A stretch of DNA of 64,000 bases from Camelus dromedarius (Eukaryota). Position 1 is the stretch's first letter. Every line of letters starts with the position of its first letter. Both the position numbers and the translations under genes were made by a program. Positions 12,501 through 25,259 of the stretch are shown one piece after another. The notes beneath the pieces are model-generated. The model saw only the letters and a program-made list of their open reading frames with translations. It had not been told where the DNA came from and did no database searches. The stretch lies in assembly GCF_036321535.1 (NCBI RefSeq), contig NC_087437.1, positions 48,176,001 through 48,240,000 of the forward strand, given 5' to 3'.

Positions 12501-14479
12501 GTCTGGGATTTTCGTTGTGATCCAGGACAGCAGAGATAGAGCGTCTAGGTTGCTCTTTTAAAGGCATTTGGAGCCTCAGAGATCAGTGCAACTACGTTTC
12601 ACAAACAGGTGTGAATGGTCAACAAGTGAAAGCATTTCTTCGAGCTCTGTATATTGGGGTCTATTTTAATTGTGTGCATAAGGGGGTGGGAAGTGAGAAG
12701 GAAGAAGTGACAATCTTTTTCATGACTAAGTGGGGTAGCATCCTACAAGCTGTCGAGAGGGCCTTCAAATGGATCACATAGGCTATTTAAGGCCATACAG
12801 AGTCATAGCTGGGAATGAAGGCAAGAATTTGAACTCTAAGTCGCCGGATTTTTAGGATTTTTATGTAGATTGTGATTCACCTGTACAATCATGCTTACTT
12901 AAAGGATGCATGAATAAGTGCATCAACATTCCTCCCATTTGGTCAGCTTTGTTTATTCTCTTATAAATCAGTGTTAGTCAAAAACTTTCACTGCCCCAGA
13001 TATTAAACATGATAGCTTCCTATAAAAGGGAGCTCCTAGCTCTGGTTAGAGTGCTAGTTTCTGGTCTCTACTTTTGACTTACAAGGTCCTCTTATTTTAA
13101 ATTTTCAAAAAGGCAAGCATAGCTGTAGGGTCTAGTTTCCCAGTTTTATTTATCATCATAATTGTTCTCAATCCCCCCTAAATGGGTATACCAAAGGCAG
13201 TTACAAAGGCTCTGCAGCTGGATCAGATGAGCAGGACACCAGTATCTACATTTCCTTGGGGTTCACTGAGGAAATGAGATAGATGAAAGGAAACAGAAAT
13301 ACTTCTCACTGCAACTAACTTAATCCATTAATTGGTTTGAGGGTATAATTTCCATTATGGTAATCTTGTTGTAGAATTTTTAAAAAGGAGAAGTGCTAGC
13401 CTCTGTTTTAATGAGACACTGCATTAATTGGGTATTGTGAGCAACTCTTTTTCACCCTCAATAATATAAGGGTATTTCTTAAGCAGAGAATCCAGTGTTC
13501 AAATTTGGCAACAGATCCATGTTCTGATTGTTAAGAGTCAGAAATAAAAAAGTCAGGCTTTTGTATGACTTATTATACATTTCAGTTTTCTACTCTGAGA
13601 TGCTTGGAGAGGCCCAGAAACTTGTCACACAGGTAGGGAGTGCAATAACTTGTACTGATACTCCACTCAAAAATTTTCCCCGTGTCTTTGAAACCATGAG
13701 GAAAATGTGAAGATCATCTTCTTAGTCAAATACTGCTATGGCATTCATTTTACTCATCATAACATAATTCATGGGGGTGAGTAACAGACGATTGTCATTT
13801 CACATAATAAGCAAATCACACAACTAATAAAAGAAAAATCTAAGCCTGTATGACCAAATATTACAACTAAGTAGAAAAATGTAGAGAAAATATAATATTA
13901 GTCTAATGTTTTGGTAAAGTTGGTAAAGTCTAATGTTATGGTATAGTTTTTTCCTACCAAAATCCAGTTTCATAAATATATGTCAAACTTGGCATATCAT
14001 TTATTGAAATTGCTTTTTTCTTGCATTAAGTAATATCTCAAAATGCAAATTTACTAAATTTTAGTTTAGAGTTATAAAATAATATTAAGATTCTGTTAGT
14101 CCTCCTGTGGATGAGAAAATGGACGCACAGCGATCAGGAGGTGTTCCCCAAATCATTCACTAGTTAGGGAGTAAGAGGCCTGGGGTCCACTTCTTTTGCT
14201 TGCTGGCTCATACTGTTTCTTTGGTTCTGCATATCTGCCTCCCTCCCTTTTTGATATTAATCAGACAGGAAGTTGAGTGCATTACTCAGGATTAGTTGGT
14301 TTCTAAAGGAAATATTCCATTTTCATAATTTAATTTAATTCCATCTTTAAAGAGCTGGGATAAGATGCTCAATCTCTGCTGGTCTATGGGAATCTCTAGA
14401 AGTTTAAATCAAACCAAACAGATAATTTCAGGCTAATTCAAAGATCAGTTAGTTCAGTGATTTGTGACTTAATGCAACA

Positions 14480-15600
14480 CGTATTGTTTGCCTACAGTGA
14501 GCAGGCTCTGTGCTAAGGGCCGGGGTTAAAAAGATGAACAAGACACAGCCAAGGGAACTCACCAGAAAGCAAGGTGAGGGGAGGTGAGACGGACATCTGA
14601 ATAGGTGTGGGGTGCTAGGAAAGCAGAGAGGAAGGTAGGTACCCCAGCCCTGGAGACTCAGGGAAGACTCCTTGTAGGAGATATGGCTTTAACTCTTGTA
14701 ACTTAGTTTCGAAGGATGAGCAAGTATTCACTAAGTAGATGAGATGGTAGATGAGATGGTGAGTTTTCTGTTCAGAGAGATCATTAGAGAAGGCCAGAGG
14801 CATGCAAGCTTGGGTGTCATTTGGGGAAGCACCAAAATTTAGCAAGACTAGAGGCCAGGGTGCTTATGGGGAAGTTGTAAGTGAGAAGGCCAGATAAGTA
14901 GGCCTTATAAGTCCTATCTTATTTTGGAGGCCAGTGTTTTCCACATGTCAGTGTGCACTAAATTCACCTGCCGAGTGTTAAAGTGCAGATTCCCAGGCCT
15001 TACCTTCATGGAGCCTGATTCAGTCGGGCTGTAGTGGGTTCCAGGAATCCGTATTTTTAACAAGCATTCTAGATAACTATTCCAGAGAAGGCTGCACTTG
15101 GAAAAACACTGCTATAGATGACGGTGTACCTTGAAAGGACTTTAGATAGAAGGGTGACGTGATCAAATTAATGCTGTAGTAGAGGTTGGTAAGATACGTG
15201 TGACCCTGACAGCAAAAGGGCTAGCTGAGGCACTATAGGGACTCTTCAGATAAAGACAATAGAGTGATTGAAGATGGTGGCTGTGAGGAGGGGGGAAAGA
15301 CAGGGCAGAGCATGAGTAAGTTAGGAAGCAAGTGCTCAAGCATTTAGATTTAATTTGAGGAGTGAGAGAAAAAGAGGCATGGATGAGGGAGAAAGAGGAG
15401 AGGATGGGTCCCAGGTTTCAGGTAATTGAGTAGGTGGTGGTGCTATTAAATAATTCAGGAAAACAAAAGATGAGGCAGGCTTTATGGAAGTTATTGGTGG
15501 TGATAATGAATCCAGTTTGAAACATGTTGACTTTGAGTTGGATCAGGCAGAGGTGGTCAGTTAGTGGTGCTGGTATTTAACAGGGAAGAAAATACTGGTT
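14480..15600 (-). mobile_element. L2 LINE, interrupted by MER5
   Basis: Purine-rich antisense L2 sequence (GGCTCTGTGCTAAG..ATGAACAAGACACAG..GTTTGAAACATGTTGACTTTGAG). Confidence 0.75.
14932..15111 (+). mobile_element. MER5B-like MITE
   Basis: Terminal inverted repeats CAGTGTTTTCCA and TGGAAAAACACTG, with internal GCAGATTCCCAGGCC..TGATTCAGT..TTTTAACAAGC. Confidence 0.85.
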
Positions 15601-18015
15601 TGTAGATATTTAGGCTGGGCATAGATGCCAGATTTACTATGTTTTCAGTTTAGTTACTTTACCATTTCTTTGCCTGCCAACAGACCAGCTATCTATATAA
15701 CCATTTATTAAAAATGGCAGAACCATGTGCAGTATAAGCCACAGGTAAAACAATAATTTTTGACAAGTTAGGTATAGAATACTTATACTTTAACTCTTAA
15801 CTAGGAGATTAGTTAGATTAATGCTTCCCTGACATGACATAGAACATTTACATTCTTATCTTATTGATTCTGAAACCAGGACATGATCACATGAACGTGT
15901 TAGAGGTTGAACTCTGAAAAATTATTTCTAACAAAATCATCTATAATGGAAAACATGATTTTTATTTTGGTACTTTGAATTTTATATTGAGTTTGTTGAC
16001 CAATACTATTACATTCTGATTTTTATAATGTTATTTCTAGGGCTTCCACTCCTAAAGTAATGGGAAGTTTTAAATTAATTAAAAGAAATTAGAGAACAGT
16101 GGTTCCATTTTATGTAGATATTTTAATATCAATTGAGATTAGTAAAATCTATGCGTATTTCCACTAATCTTGATCCTGCCATTTAGAAGTTCTCTTTCAG
16201 TAAAGCTGGTATTTTTCTCTTTCCCTGCAAAAACTGAATCTCTAAGAGCAGAAGAAATTAAGAGAGGCCCCCAAATAAGAAGTAACTAATTTTTCAATAC
16301 TAAAGCCAGGTATTTTAAAGATAGGTTTAATAGAGGTTAAAGCATTAAAGTAAAACATAAATCACTTGGTTCACCACCACACTATTTTTGAATTTTTTAT
16401 AATAGCAAAGTACAAAATAAAACATACAAGTGAAATATTTAGGTAAGTGACAGATTTGGGGGGGCATATTTTGATTTAGTTTATACATACAACCTGAGAT
16501 TTTGCTTCTACACGTGCAACACAGAGTGATGCTACACTGGGATTCTGAGCTTGAGTTACTCCCTCCCATAGCCTTACTATTTTCCCAGCTTCCTGGGCAT
16601 TTCTGATTCTAGGGAGGCTTTTGGCACAAAAAGATGGATGTTTCACAGCTGTTTGTACTCCACTAGAAGAGTGCATCCCATTACAGACAAATGTAGTCTC
16701 AAGGTACTAATGTATACAGATGTTGAGTTCAGAGACTTGATAGAGCTGAATGGATTTAGCATCTGTCTTGCGGAAATGCTAGGAAGAATGCATCAGAATT
16801 TCTACCCTCTAAGGCCATGCAACGTTCCAGAAGACTTGCAAAATCTTTTTGACCCCTGATAGTTGAGTCATTTTGTAATAGGTGAGTTACTGGCATGGAG
16901 ACATGAACTGAATTTGCTATGTGGGCTCAAGCAATTGAGTAAAAACCGAAGACCCAGATCGTGGACCCCAGTCCCCAAGTGATTTGATATAGAAGTTTGG
17001 GTGAGGCAGCCAAACCATGTGAGTTGCATTCTCCTTATCGGCATGACAAAGATAAAGGATCTATCCTTTGCCAACCTCAGAGAAGCATTTTAAAGATTAA
17101 CTTTTATGAGGCTCTCACAAAAAATGACTACTGTAGTCAAGATAATCAGTATTCTACCACAGCTGAGAATTCTGCCATACTGCGGATTGCTTTGTCAAAA
17201 AGTATCTGTTGTTATTTGGAGAATGGGGAGAATGCTGCAAGTACAGCAGGATCCTCCCAAGGTGCATACCACTTGAAGAATTAGGACAGGTTGATCTCTG
17301 GTTTCATAAGCAGTAACAAGTATCTTGATGCTAGCAAAGCTTTTAAATTTATTTTCCATAATATGGTTAGTAGTAAACTGGAAAAATCTGCCCTGACCAA
17401 ACCCTCAGAGATGGATTGTATCACTAATTAAGGGCCTCATAATAGAATCCTAGAGCTAGAAGGAAAGCCAGTGATCTTCTAAGCCAACCATCTTCCACAG
17501 AGACTAGCAAACTCACATCCAATCTATGTTTGAATATCGTTGGTAAAAGAAAGCTCATTTCTTCACCTTTCATTATACACATACACACATACATATATAT
17601 GGTTGTACATATTCATTGTGCAAGGTCATCTGGATCAGGAGCACAAGTCAGGTGTGAAATCCAAGCCTCTAACTCCACTTGCGAAATTGTGTGCCTGGGT
17701 TTGGGGTTGTGTCCTCCAGGGAAAAGGGGGGTCTTTGCATATGCAGCCCATTCAGAGAGGGTCACTTTTTATAAGTTGCCCAGAGATGGCACATATCACT
17801 GGCATAGTTATTTCCCCTCTCCTATTAGAGCTTTGACTTGTGACTTTTAAATCTTTTTACTATGTATCTGAATGGGAAGATTTACTCCTCCATATCTCAG
17901 GCTCCCATATTTATATTATGTAACTGTGGGAGACATAATAAGAAAATCTCCATATTCAGACACATCCCCTGGATGACTATTATGAGTGCAGTTCCTCCCT
18001 TGGATTCTTGGAAAA

Positions 18016-18016
<1 letters not shown>

Positions 18017-18062
<46 letters not shown>
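18017..18062. repeat. (TG)23 microsatellite
   Basis: Directly visible. Confidence 0.98.
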
Positions 18063-18066
<4 letters not shown>

Positions 18067-18659
18067 TGTTTTGCGTGCATGCATCTGGAAAGGTCAGGGC
18101 TAGAGATGTAAGCAATCCTTACAACTGGGTGTAAGCAAGTGATGTCCTCCTAGGACAGTTCCAGCTATGATGTTCAGTTCCAGCTATGTCTCAACGGTCT
18201 CAGGGGTGTGTGTTAGCACTATTATCAAAATCACTGTTGACAACTAGCTGAGGTGGCGAGGAGGTGTCTAGAAGTTTAGAGGCATGGATTCTAACTCCAA
18301 GTGACCTTGGTCAGTTAGAGGTACAGTTAGAAACCATTAGGAGAATCTATTCTATTTCTAAATCTGCATCCCCAGACTGTCCTCAGGCTTTACAGAGGTT
18401 GAACCCATTAAACTGCGTAGACTGCTTTGACAGTGGAGTGTTGCTTAATTACAGTGGCAATCTAATTATAAGGTTTATAAGGTTTCCCTGTAATTGATTC
18501 CCTCTCAAGTGTGTGGAAACTTCACTTGATATGTATTCACTACTGAAACTCATGGGAATAAACTGGATTCTGGGGCCGTGTGTCTTAGAATCAGGAAGTC
18601 AATACCAACTGCATTTTGGAGTCCTTATTCAGGACAGTAAGGGGCTCTTCTGTGTATTT

Positions 18660-19080
18660 CAATCATTTATTCTTTCACTTATCCATTCATTCACCAATTC
18701 ATTCTTTCATCCATTCATTCATTCATTCATTCATTCAATAAATACCACATTAACAGCGTGCATCTAGCACTACTAGTCTCTGGGGATACAAAGGTGTATT
18801 GAATATGTGGTCATTGCCACAGATGGGCTTACGAGTAGTCGGGAAGACTGATAAAAATAAATAATTAAAGCTATATGCTAATTATGGTGTTAGAGATGGA
18901 TATAAGATGCTAAGGAAGCATTAAGGAAGACATCCCTAATTCTGCATTGTGTGTGGGGGAGGTGGGAGAGTGCTGGTGGGGGCAAAGAGCAGCACTCACT
19001 GAGGAAATGACATTTGGGTGGAATTTGAATGGATGAGTAGACATTCAGTGTACAGAAGGCAAGAGTGTGGGGATGAGGAA
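18660..19080 (-). mobile_element. L2 3' end with (TTCA)n tail
   Basis: CATTCATTCATTCA tail followed by antisense L2 body (CTGGGGATACA..GACATTTGGGTGGAATTTGAATGGATGAGTAG). Confidence 0.8.
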
Positions 19081-19199
19081 ACGGAAAAAAAAAACCCAGA
19101 ACTATAAGAGGAGAAAATCAAGCATCTGTTACTACTGTAAACAACCAAGTGTAACAGGCGCTGCTGTGGTGAACTCCTTCCACACACAACATACATGAA

Positions 19200-19400
19200 A
19201 TGCCTGGCCAGCTCTGCAGAAACATGAGCTAATCCTTACAAAGGCATCACGACAGATGGGTATGTTTGTTATCTTCTTGCCACAGATGGGGAAAGTGAGG
19301 TTTAGAGAGAATAAGCTATGCGAATGAGATCACACAGATGAAAGTCAGGATTTGAACTTGGGTCTGTCCAATCCTGAGCACAAGCTCTTAACCAGTATGT
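19200..19400 (-). mobile_element. MIR
   Basis: ACAGATGGGGAAAGTGAGGTTTAGAGAG..CAGGATTTGAACTTGGGTCTG..GCTCTTAACC. Confidence 0.8.
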
Positions 19401-20219
19401 TTTTGTAGCCTCTTCAAATGTGAGCGATCATTAAGCAATGTCTGATGCATGCCATCAAAAGCCTTTTAGCATCCTCTTTTTTCCTCATTTTTGGGAAAGC
19501 AATCAGCTCCAGAAGTCTGAGCCATCAAGACCTAGCCGTCAGTTTCTTCATACGTAAAATGATAAAGTTGTGCTATGTGAACTCTAAAGACCTTTGTATC
19601 TCAAAGATTCTATTTTAATTTAATTTTGCCCCAAGCTTAAGAACACTTTTTTAAAGAACACTTCCTTTTTGTCTTACATAAATCTTTCTAAGGACTTATG
19701 TAATAGACTGCATATCAATATTAATGACTCAAATGCACAGGGCATCTTGATTATAATCATTCTTTGGATGAATATGAAACACTCATAGGCCCAGTTTTGC
19801 ACATTAAATTCCTGCATATGGAGGGAAAAAAATGTTCTTATCACGAAGGTACATGATATGTATTTTAATCCCCTAATTACTAAATTCTTTTAGGGCTCTT
19901 TCCAATTCCTCAAAAAGAACAGAATTGAGCAGTAGATGGACACTGATGAATGATGGAGGGCTCATTCTGCTCCTCTTTGCCACATGATTTAATCAGCCGA
20001 TATATTCTAGCATTACTATATTCTCCTACAGGCCTGCATGTAATGGCAGGAAATACCAAATGCACAAGGCTTAAAGAGCATTATTTTCTTTTTTAACTCT
20101 TATCCCTTAAGGCTGACTGGACTGTAGCTCAGTCAAAATAAGAGAGATGTCTCTTTTAAGCAATATCTATAACATGTTATGGTGGGCATTGGCTTTTTAA
20201 TTTTTTTAAATTTTCCAAA

Positions 20220-21465
20220 TCTAAACTCCATATTTGGGAAACTGTCCACTTCTGGACTCTTGGAGGCAAGCAGACATGCACTTTCCCAAACTACCTTGCA
20301 GATGTGTTGACTTGGTGCCACCAACCAGCCACACTTGCCCCACTTTGAACTGAGATCTGGGGACACACAGAAACAGTTATGGTAGAGAATTCTTGGCAGT
20401 GGGGACAGCAGCTGAAAAACATGGGGTTTTCATGGTTCCTCCATTCGGAACCTCATTCTAGGAGTCTTTGAGTACCATAATGTCTTTTCTTAAAACATTA
20501 GACAACTTTTTATTTTGAAATGGTCTCAAGCCTACAGAAAAATTGCAAGAATAATACAATGGATTCCCATAATATCCCTTCTCCAGATTTATCAATTTTT
20601 AACACTCTGCTATATTTGCATTCCTCTCTATGTAATTATATCGTACGTACTATTATTTTCATTATTCCAGATCACTTGGGAGTAGGTTACATACACTGTG
20701 CCCCTTTACCCCTTCATATTACAGCATTTATTTCCTGTGAACAATGATATTCTCTTGCCATAGCCATGGTTTAGTTATCAGATTCAGCATAGATAACACT
20801 AACACTAATCTAATCTCCAGACCGTATTCAAGTTTAAGTTATGCCAACAGTGTGCTTTATGACAATTTTCTTTCCCAGTCCAGGATCATGTATTGCATTT
20901 AGTTGTCATGTCTCTTCAGTCTTCTTTTCATTGGTTTTTTCCTGACATTAGCATTTCTGGAAAACATAATCTGTTTATTTTATACAATAGCCCTCATTTT
21001 GAGTTTGTCCAAGATTTTCTCATGATTAGATTCAGGTTGTGCATTCTCAGCAGTAATATCACATGAGTGATGTTTGTCCTTCTTGGGGCACTGCATCCAG
21101 AGGTGGACATCCAGTTGACCACCATACTGGTGATGTAGATTTTGATTACTTAGGGTGTCGTCCAATTTCTCCATGGAAAAGGCACTATTTTCTGTTTTGG
21201 TTTGTAGTTTATATGCTTGATATTTTGATGGTATGTAAATATCCTGTTTTTCCTCAAACTGACCCTTTCCTCAGATTTAGCATCCATTGACCATCTTCAC
21301 TTGAATCAAATTTCACTATGATGTTTGCAAAATGGTGATTTTTCTATCTTTATCATTCCTTCTGTGCATAATAATTGTCCAAATATACTTTTAATAAATT
21401 CCCTTTATGCTTAAATAAGCCAGAGTTGTTTTCTGTTGCTTACAGCTAAGAACTCCTGATTGATT
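20220..21465 (+). mobile_element. ERVL solo LTR (LTR33/LTR16-like), split by an L1 insertion
   Basis: 3' end AATAAATTCCCTTTATGCTTAAATAAGCCAGAGTTGTTTTCTGTTGCTTACAGCTAAGAAC at about 21390-21455. Putative 5' part at about 20220-20480. Confidence 0.55.
20500..21375 (-). mobile_element. L1MC-like 3' end
   Basis: Antisense L1MC 3'UTR signature (TTTTATTTTGAAA..ACAGAAAAATTGCAAGAATA..TTGCATTTAGTTGTCATGTCTCTT..CATGATTAGATTCAGGTT). Confidence 0.85.
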
Positions 21466-21829
21466 TACTTGTAAACTTAGGCAACTAGTTCCAAGAACCT
21501 ATCAAACCAGTTCACTCAAATGGTCAATTTAGTCAGCCCAAGGAGGGACAGTGAGGAACACCTTTAGGAAAAAAAAAAGATACAACTTTTCATGGCACTT
21601 CATTCTGTAAGACTTACAGACTAGGCTTTCTTCCATTGTCAGTCAGATAAATGACTACTAAAACTGAAAATATAAAATATTAAATAGTTAAACTAACACT
21701 GAAAAGCAGGAAAAAAAATCAATTTTTGTGACTAAATGCCACACACTTGGTTATTTGAAAACCTTTAGTGGTTATTATAATGTTTACTTTTCACTGAGAT
21801 TTTTGATTGTAATAAACATCAAAATAAAG

Positions 21830-22020
21830 AACAATAGTGTAATGGGAATAACACACTAGGGTAAGGCAACTTTCATTCCAGTACTAGCTCTGCTAATTAA
21901 GCTATGTGGGACTTTCTGAGCAAGTCTTACTTTCCCGGACCTCAGTCTTCTCATCTGAGAAATGAGATGGCTGAACAACAAATTTTTAAGCGTTCTTCAA
22001 ACTCAGGATTCTGTGACCTC
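21830..22020 (+). mobile_element. MIR
   Basis: GCTCTGCTAATTAAGCTATGTG..CCTCAGTCTTCTCATCTGAGAAATGAG. Confidence 0.75.
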
Positions 22021-22254
22021 AAAACTGAACATTAGTACAACTGTTGGAGACACAAAGAACTGTTAATTTAGAATATTCTAATGAGCACATGTGAATCCAA
22101 GATTATTCTGGTATAAAAACCTAACACCTGTGAGATAACTCCCAAGTTATTCAGAGAATAGAAACATCAGAACACAGTGCTTGGCATGGTCTGATCACAT
22201 CTCGAGTGGCGTGTCTTGTTCAGAGGGCTGTACTTTCACGGAGCCATTAAAACA

Positions 22255-22465
22255 TCAGAAACGTCATTATGAGAAACGATTGAGTGAACTGGGCTGTTTA
22301 TCTTGGAGGAGAATAGATTTAATGGGATGAAGGCATAATAGTTCTCTAAACATTTAAAGGTTTGTTTTATTCAGATGGAACACAGTATGTTGCTGTGCTT
22401 TCTGCAGACGGAAAAACAGCAGCCAATTGGGCAGAGGTAATGATACCAGCGTAAGGAAGAAATTT
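22255..22465 (+). mobile_element. L3/CR1 LINE fragment
   Basis: Degenerately encodes YEKRLSELG.., matching the CR1 ORF2 C-terminal motif [27 protein letters not shown]. Confidence 0.7.
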
Positions 22466-22615
22466 TATTCAAATATACTTGTGAGAGTTCCTCTTGCCCG
22501 CTCTTCTGTCAGGGACCCCATCATGCTTCTGTGATATCAGAAAACTACTCAAGAATCAAGCTTTTTGCTAAGTTCTCAGTGCAGTAGATCAGGTCCCACG
22601 TAGACGTTTTCAGAT

Positions 22616-22740
22616 CAGTGCTTCTCAAATGTTAATGCACATATAAATCACTGGGTATCTTGGAAAACTCAGTTTCTGATACACTAGGTTTGGATTGGGA
22701 CCTGAGATTCTGTATTTCCAACAAACTCCCAGGTTTTTCC
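22616..22740 (+). mobile_element. MER5A fragment
   Basis: CAGTGCTTCTCAAA..AATCACTGGG..CCTGAGATTCTGTATTTCCAACAAACTCCCAGGT. Confidence 0.8.
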
Positions 22741-23189
22741 ATGTGCATATAATCACCTGTCCAGTCTGATGTAATATCCCCACAGAGGATGCCATTCAGT
22801 ATAAGCATGTATGTTACCGTCAACACCCATGTGAAAGGTGGTAAAAAGATGTTCTGCAGCTCTAGCACCTTCATCTTCTCATGATGTTTAATTGTTTTCG
22901 TCTTCCTTATTTCCTTGAAGACGTTCCATATTTTCTGATCTTTCACTATTTTTGATCACTTTGCATGATGGTACTCGTATGGCTCTGTCTGATACTCACT
23001 CATATACTTTCAGGTAACCAGGGAATAGTCCCCCCAGATTATGCTGGGTTTTGCTTATTTTAGGTCATTACTTCAGTCGACTACATCCACTGGCGTAATG
23101 GTCCCAGATAAGAGGTCTGTGTGCACAGGAACAATGTGCTCTGCTCATGTTCAGCTCCCCCTTCACTCTAGGCCTCTTCCATCTCTAAG

Positions 23190-23440
23190 CAGGCATTGCA
23201 CCACAGTGAGAACTGGATACTGTACCCAGGGTCTTCTTTTTGTCATTGCCTCAAGAAAACTTCTTACCTCACCCTGATAGGATACCAGTTTTAATCCTCA
23301 AGGATGTACAGAATAATTCTATCCCCTTCCTACATAATAACCCTTCAAATATTTATATAAAGTCATCATGGTCTCCTTGAGTCTTTACTTTCCAGGCTAA
23401 ACATTCCCAGTCCCTTCTATCCTTACTCATAAGAGATGAA
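23190..23440 (-). mobile_element. L3/CR1 LINE fragment
   Basis: Reverse complement reads GGACTGGGAATGTTTAGCCTGGAAAG..AAATATTTGAAGGG ([13 protein letters not shown]). Confidence 0.7.
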
Positions 23441-23999
23441 CTCCTCAACCATACCAGTTGCTTTAAAAACTGTATAATTTTGAAGAGGGCATGTGGGAGT
23501 GGGAATTTTGTGGTTCCCTAGGTAGATTTCTGGCATCTGGCATGCCAACAGCACCAACTTGCTCCTGGAATCTCCATGATTTATAGACCACCATATGGCA
23601 TTCTGTTTGGAGGAAAAAAGTTTTCACTACACCAAGTCCCACTTAGAGGCTTTGTCTGCCTTTTCAGGGGTATTGATGCATGAGCAGGGGCTTTGGAGAG
23701 TTGCGAACGCACCTGTAATGCAAACTTTCCCACTTCGCTCAGGTTCGCCCATTTCAGAGCTGCTGACAGGGTTCTGTGTGCTTCTCTTGAATGAAATGGT
23801 GGATAAGAGCCTTTTCCTATCTAAATGAGCTCATTAGTTTTCATCTGTGCGATTTTTAACAGTTATTGTCTAAAAATAATTTTAAAAGATGATCAATTTA
23901 GTGAAATCTCACATGTAGAATAATAATGGTCATTTACTTAATGCAGTTTTAATAGAAGTCATATATTAGTACTAATAAGGATCAGTCAAAAATGACAAA

Positions 24000-25243
24000 T
24001 ATGACACCTAAAGCATAAGCAACAAAATTGAAAATAAACAAGTGGGACTACATCAAACTAAAAAAGCTTCTGCACAGTGAAAGAAACCATCAACAAAGTG
24101 AAAAGAAAACCTATGGAATCAGAAAAAATATTTGCAAACCATATATCTGGTAAGGGGTTAATAGTCAAAATATATAAAGAACTTACGCAACTCAATAGCA
24201 AAAAAACAAATAACCCAATTTAAAAATGGGCAAAGGATCTGAAAGGTATTTCTCCAAAGAAGATATAAGAAAGGTTACAGGTACATGAAGAGATGCTCAG
24301 CATCACTAGTCATTAGGGAAAAGCAAATTAAAACCACAGTGAGATAATCACCTCATGCCTGTTAGAATGGCCATCATCCAAAAAAAACAAGAAATAACAA
24401 ATGCTGGTGTGGATGTGGAGAAAAGGGAAACTTTGTGCACTGTTGGTGGGACTGTCAATTGGTACAGCTACCAGGGAAAATGATATGGAGGATCCTCAAA
24501 AATTTAAAAATACAACTATCATATGATCCAGCAACTCCACTTCTGGGAATACATACAAAGGAAACAAAAACATTAACTCAGAAAAAATATCAGCACACCC
24601 ACATTCATAGCAGCTTTATTTACAATAGCCAAGACATGCAAATATCTGAAGTATCTACTGATGGATGAATGGATAAAGAAGTTGTAGTATATACGTATAC
24701 AATGGATTATTACTCAGCCATAAAAAATGAGGAAATTATACCATTTGTGACAATAAGGATGGATTTTGAAGGCATTATGCTAAGTGAAATAAGGCAGACA
24801 GAGAAAAACAAATACTGTATTATACGACTTACATGTGGAATCTAAGAACAAACAAGCAAAGTCATAGAAAAAGAGATCAGATTTGTGGTTACCAGAGGCA
24901 GAGGTTGTGGGGAGCGGGGACTGGAAGAAGGTGGTCAAAAGGCACACACTTCTAGTTATAAGATAAATAAGTACTAGGGATGTAACGTACAACATGATGA
25001 GTGTAGCTAAACTGCTGTATGATAGACAGGAAAGTTGTTAGAGTAAATCCTAAGAGCTTTCACTACAAGGAAGGAATTTTTTCCTTTCTTCTTTCTTTCT
25101 TTTTTCATTGTGTCTACATAAAGAGATGAATCGTAGCTGAACCTATTGTGGTACTTTCATCATATATGTAAATCAAACCATCATGCTGTACGCTTTAAAC
25201 TTATGCAGTGACGTATGTCAATTATTTCTCAGTAAAATTGGGA
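24000..25243 (+). mobile_element. 5'-truncated L1 (ORF2 C-terminus plus 3'UTR) with 12-bp target site duplication
   Basis: Well-preserved L1 3' sequence (AAGTGGGACTACATCAAACTAAAAAAGCTTCTGCACAG..). Duplication AAAAATGACAAA at 23988-23999 and 25244-25255. Confidence 0.95.
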
Positions 25244-25259
25244 AAAAATGACAAAACAT

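Noticed and set aside
16600..17284. Possible processed pseudogene (ORFs of 73 and 95 aa)
   Set aside because: No recognisable protein similarity, poly(A) tail or target duplication.
17862..18134. Cys/Val-rich and His/Thr-rich ORFs (also 27541-27759)
   Set aside because: They are translations of (TG)n microsatellites.
22632..22946. 104-aa minus-strand ORF
   Set aside because: Non-ATG start, the C-terminal third is MER5A, and there are no convincing splice sites or domain.
24435..24995. ORFs of 77 and 71 aa
   Set aside because: They are decayed L1 ORF2 C-terminus and antisense L1 3'UTR.
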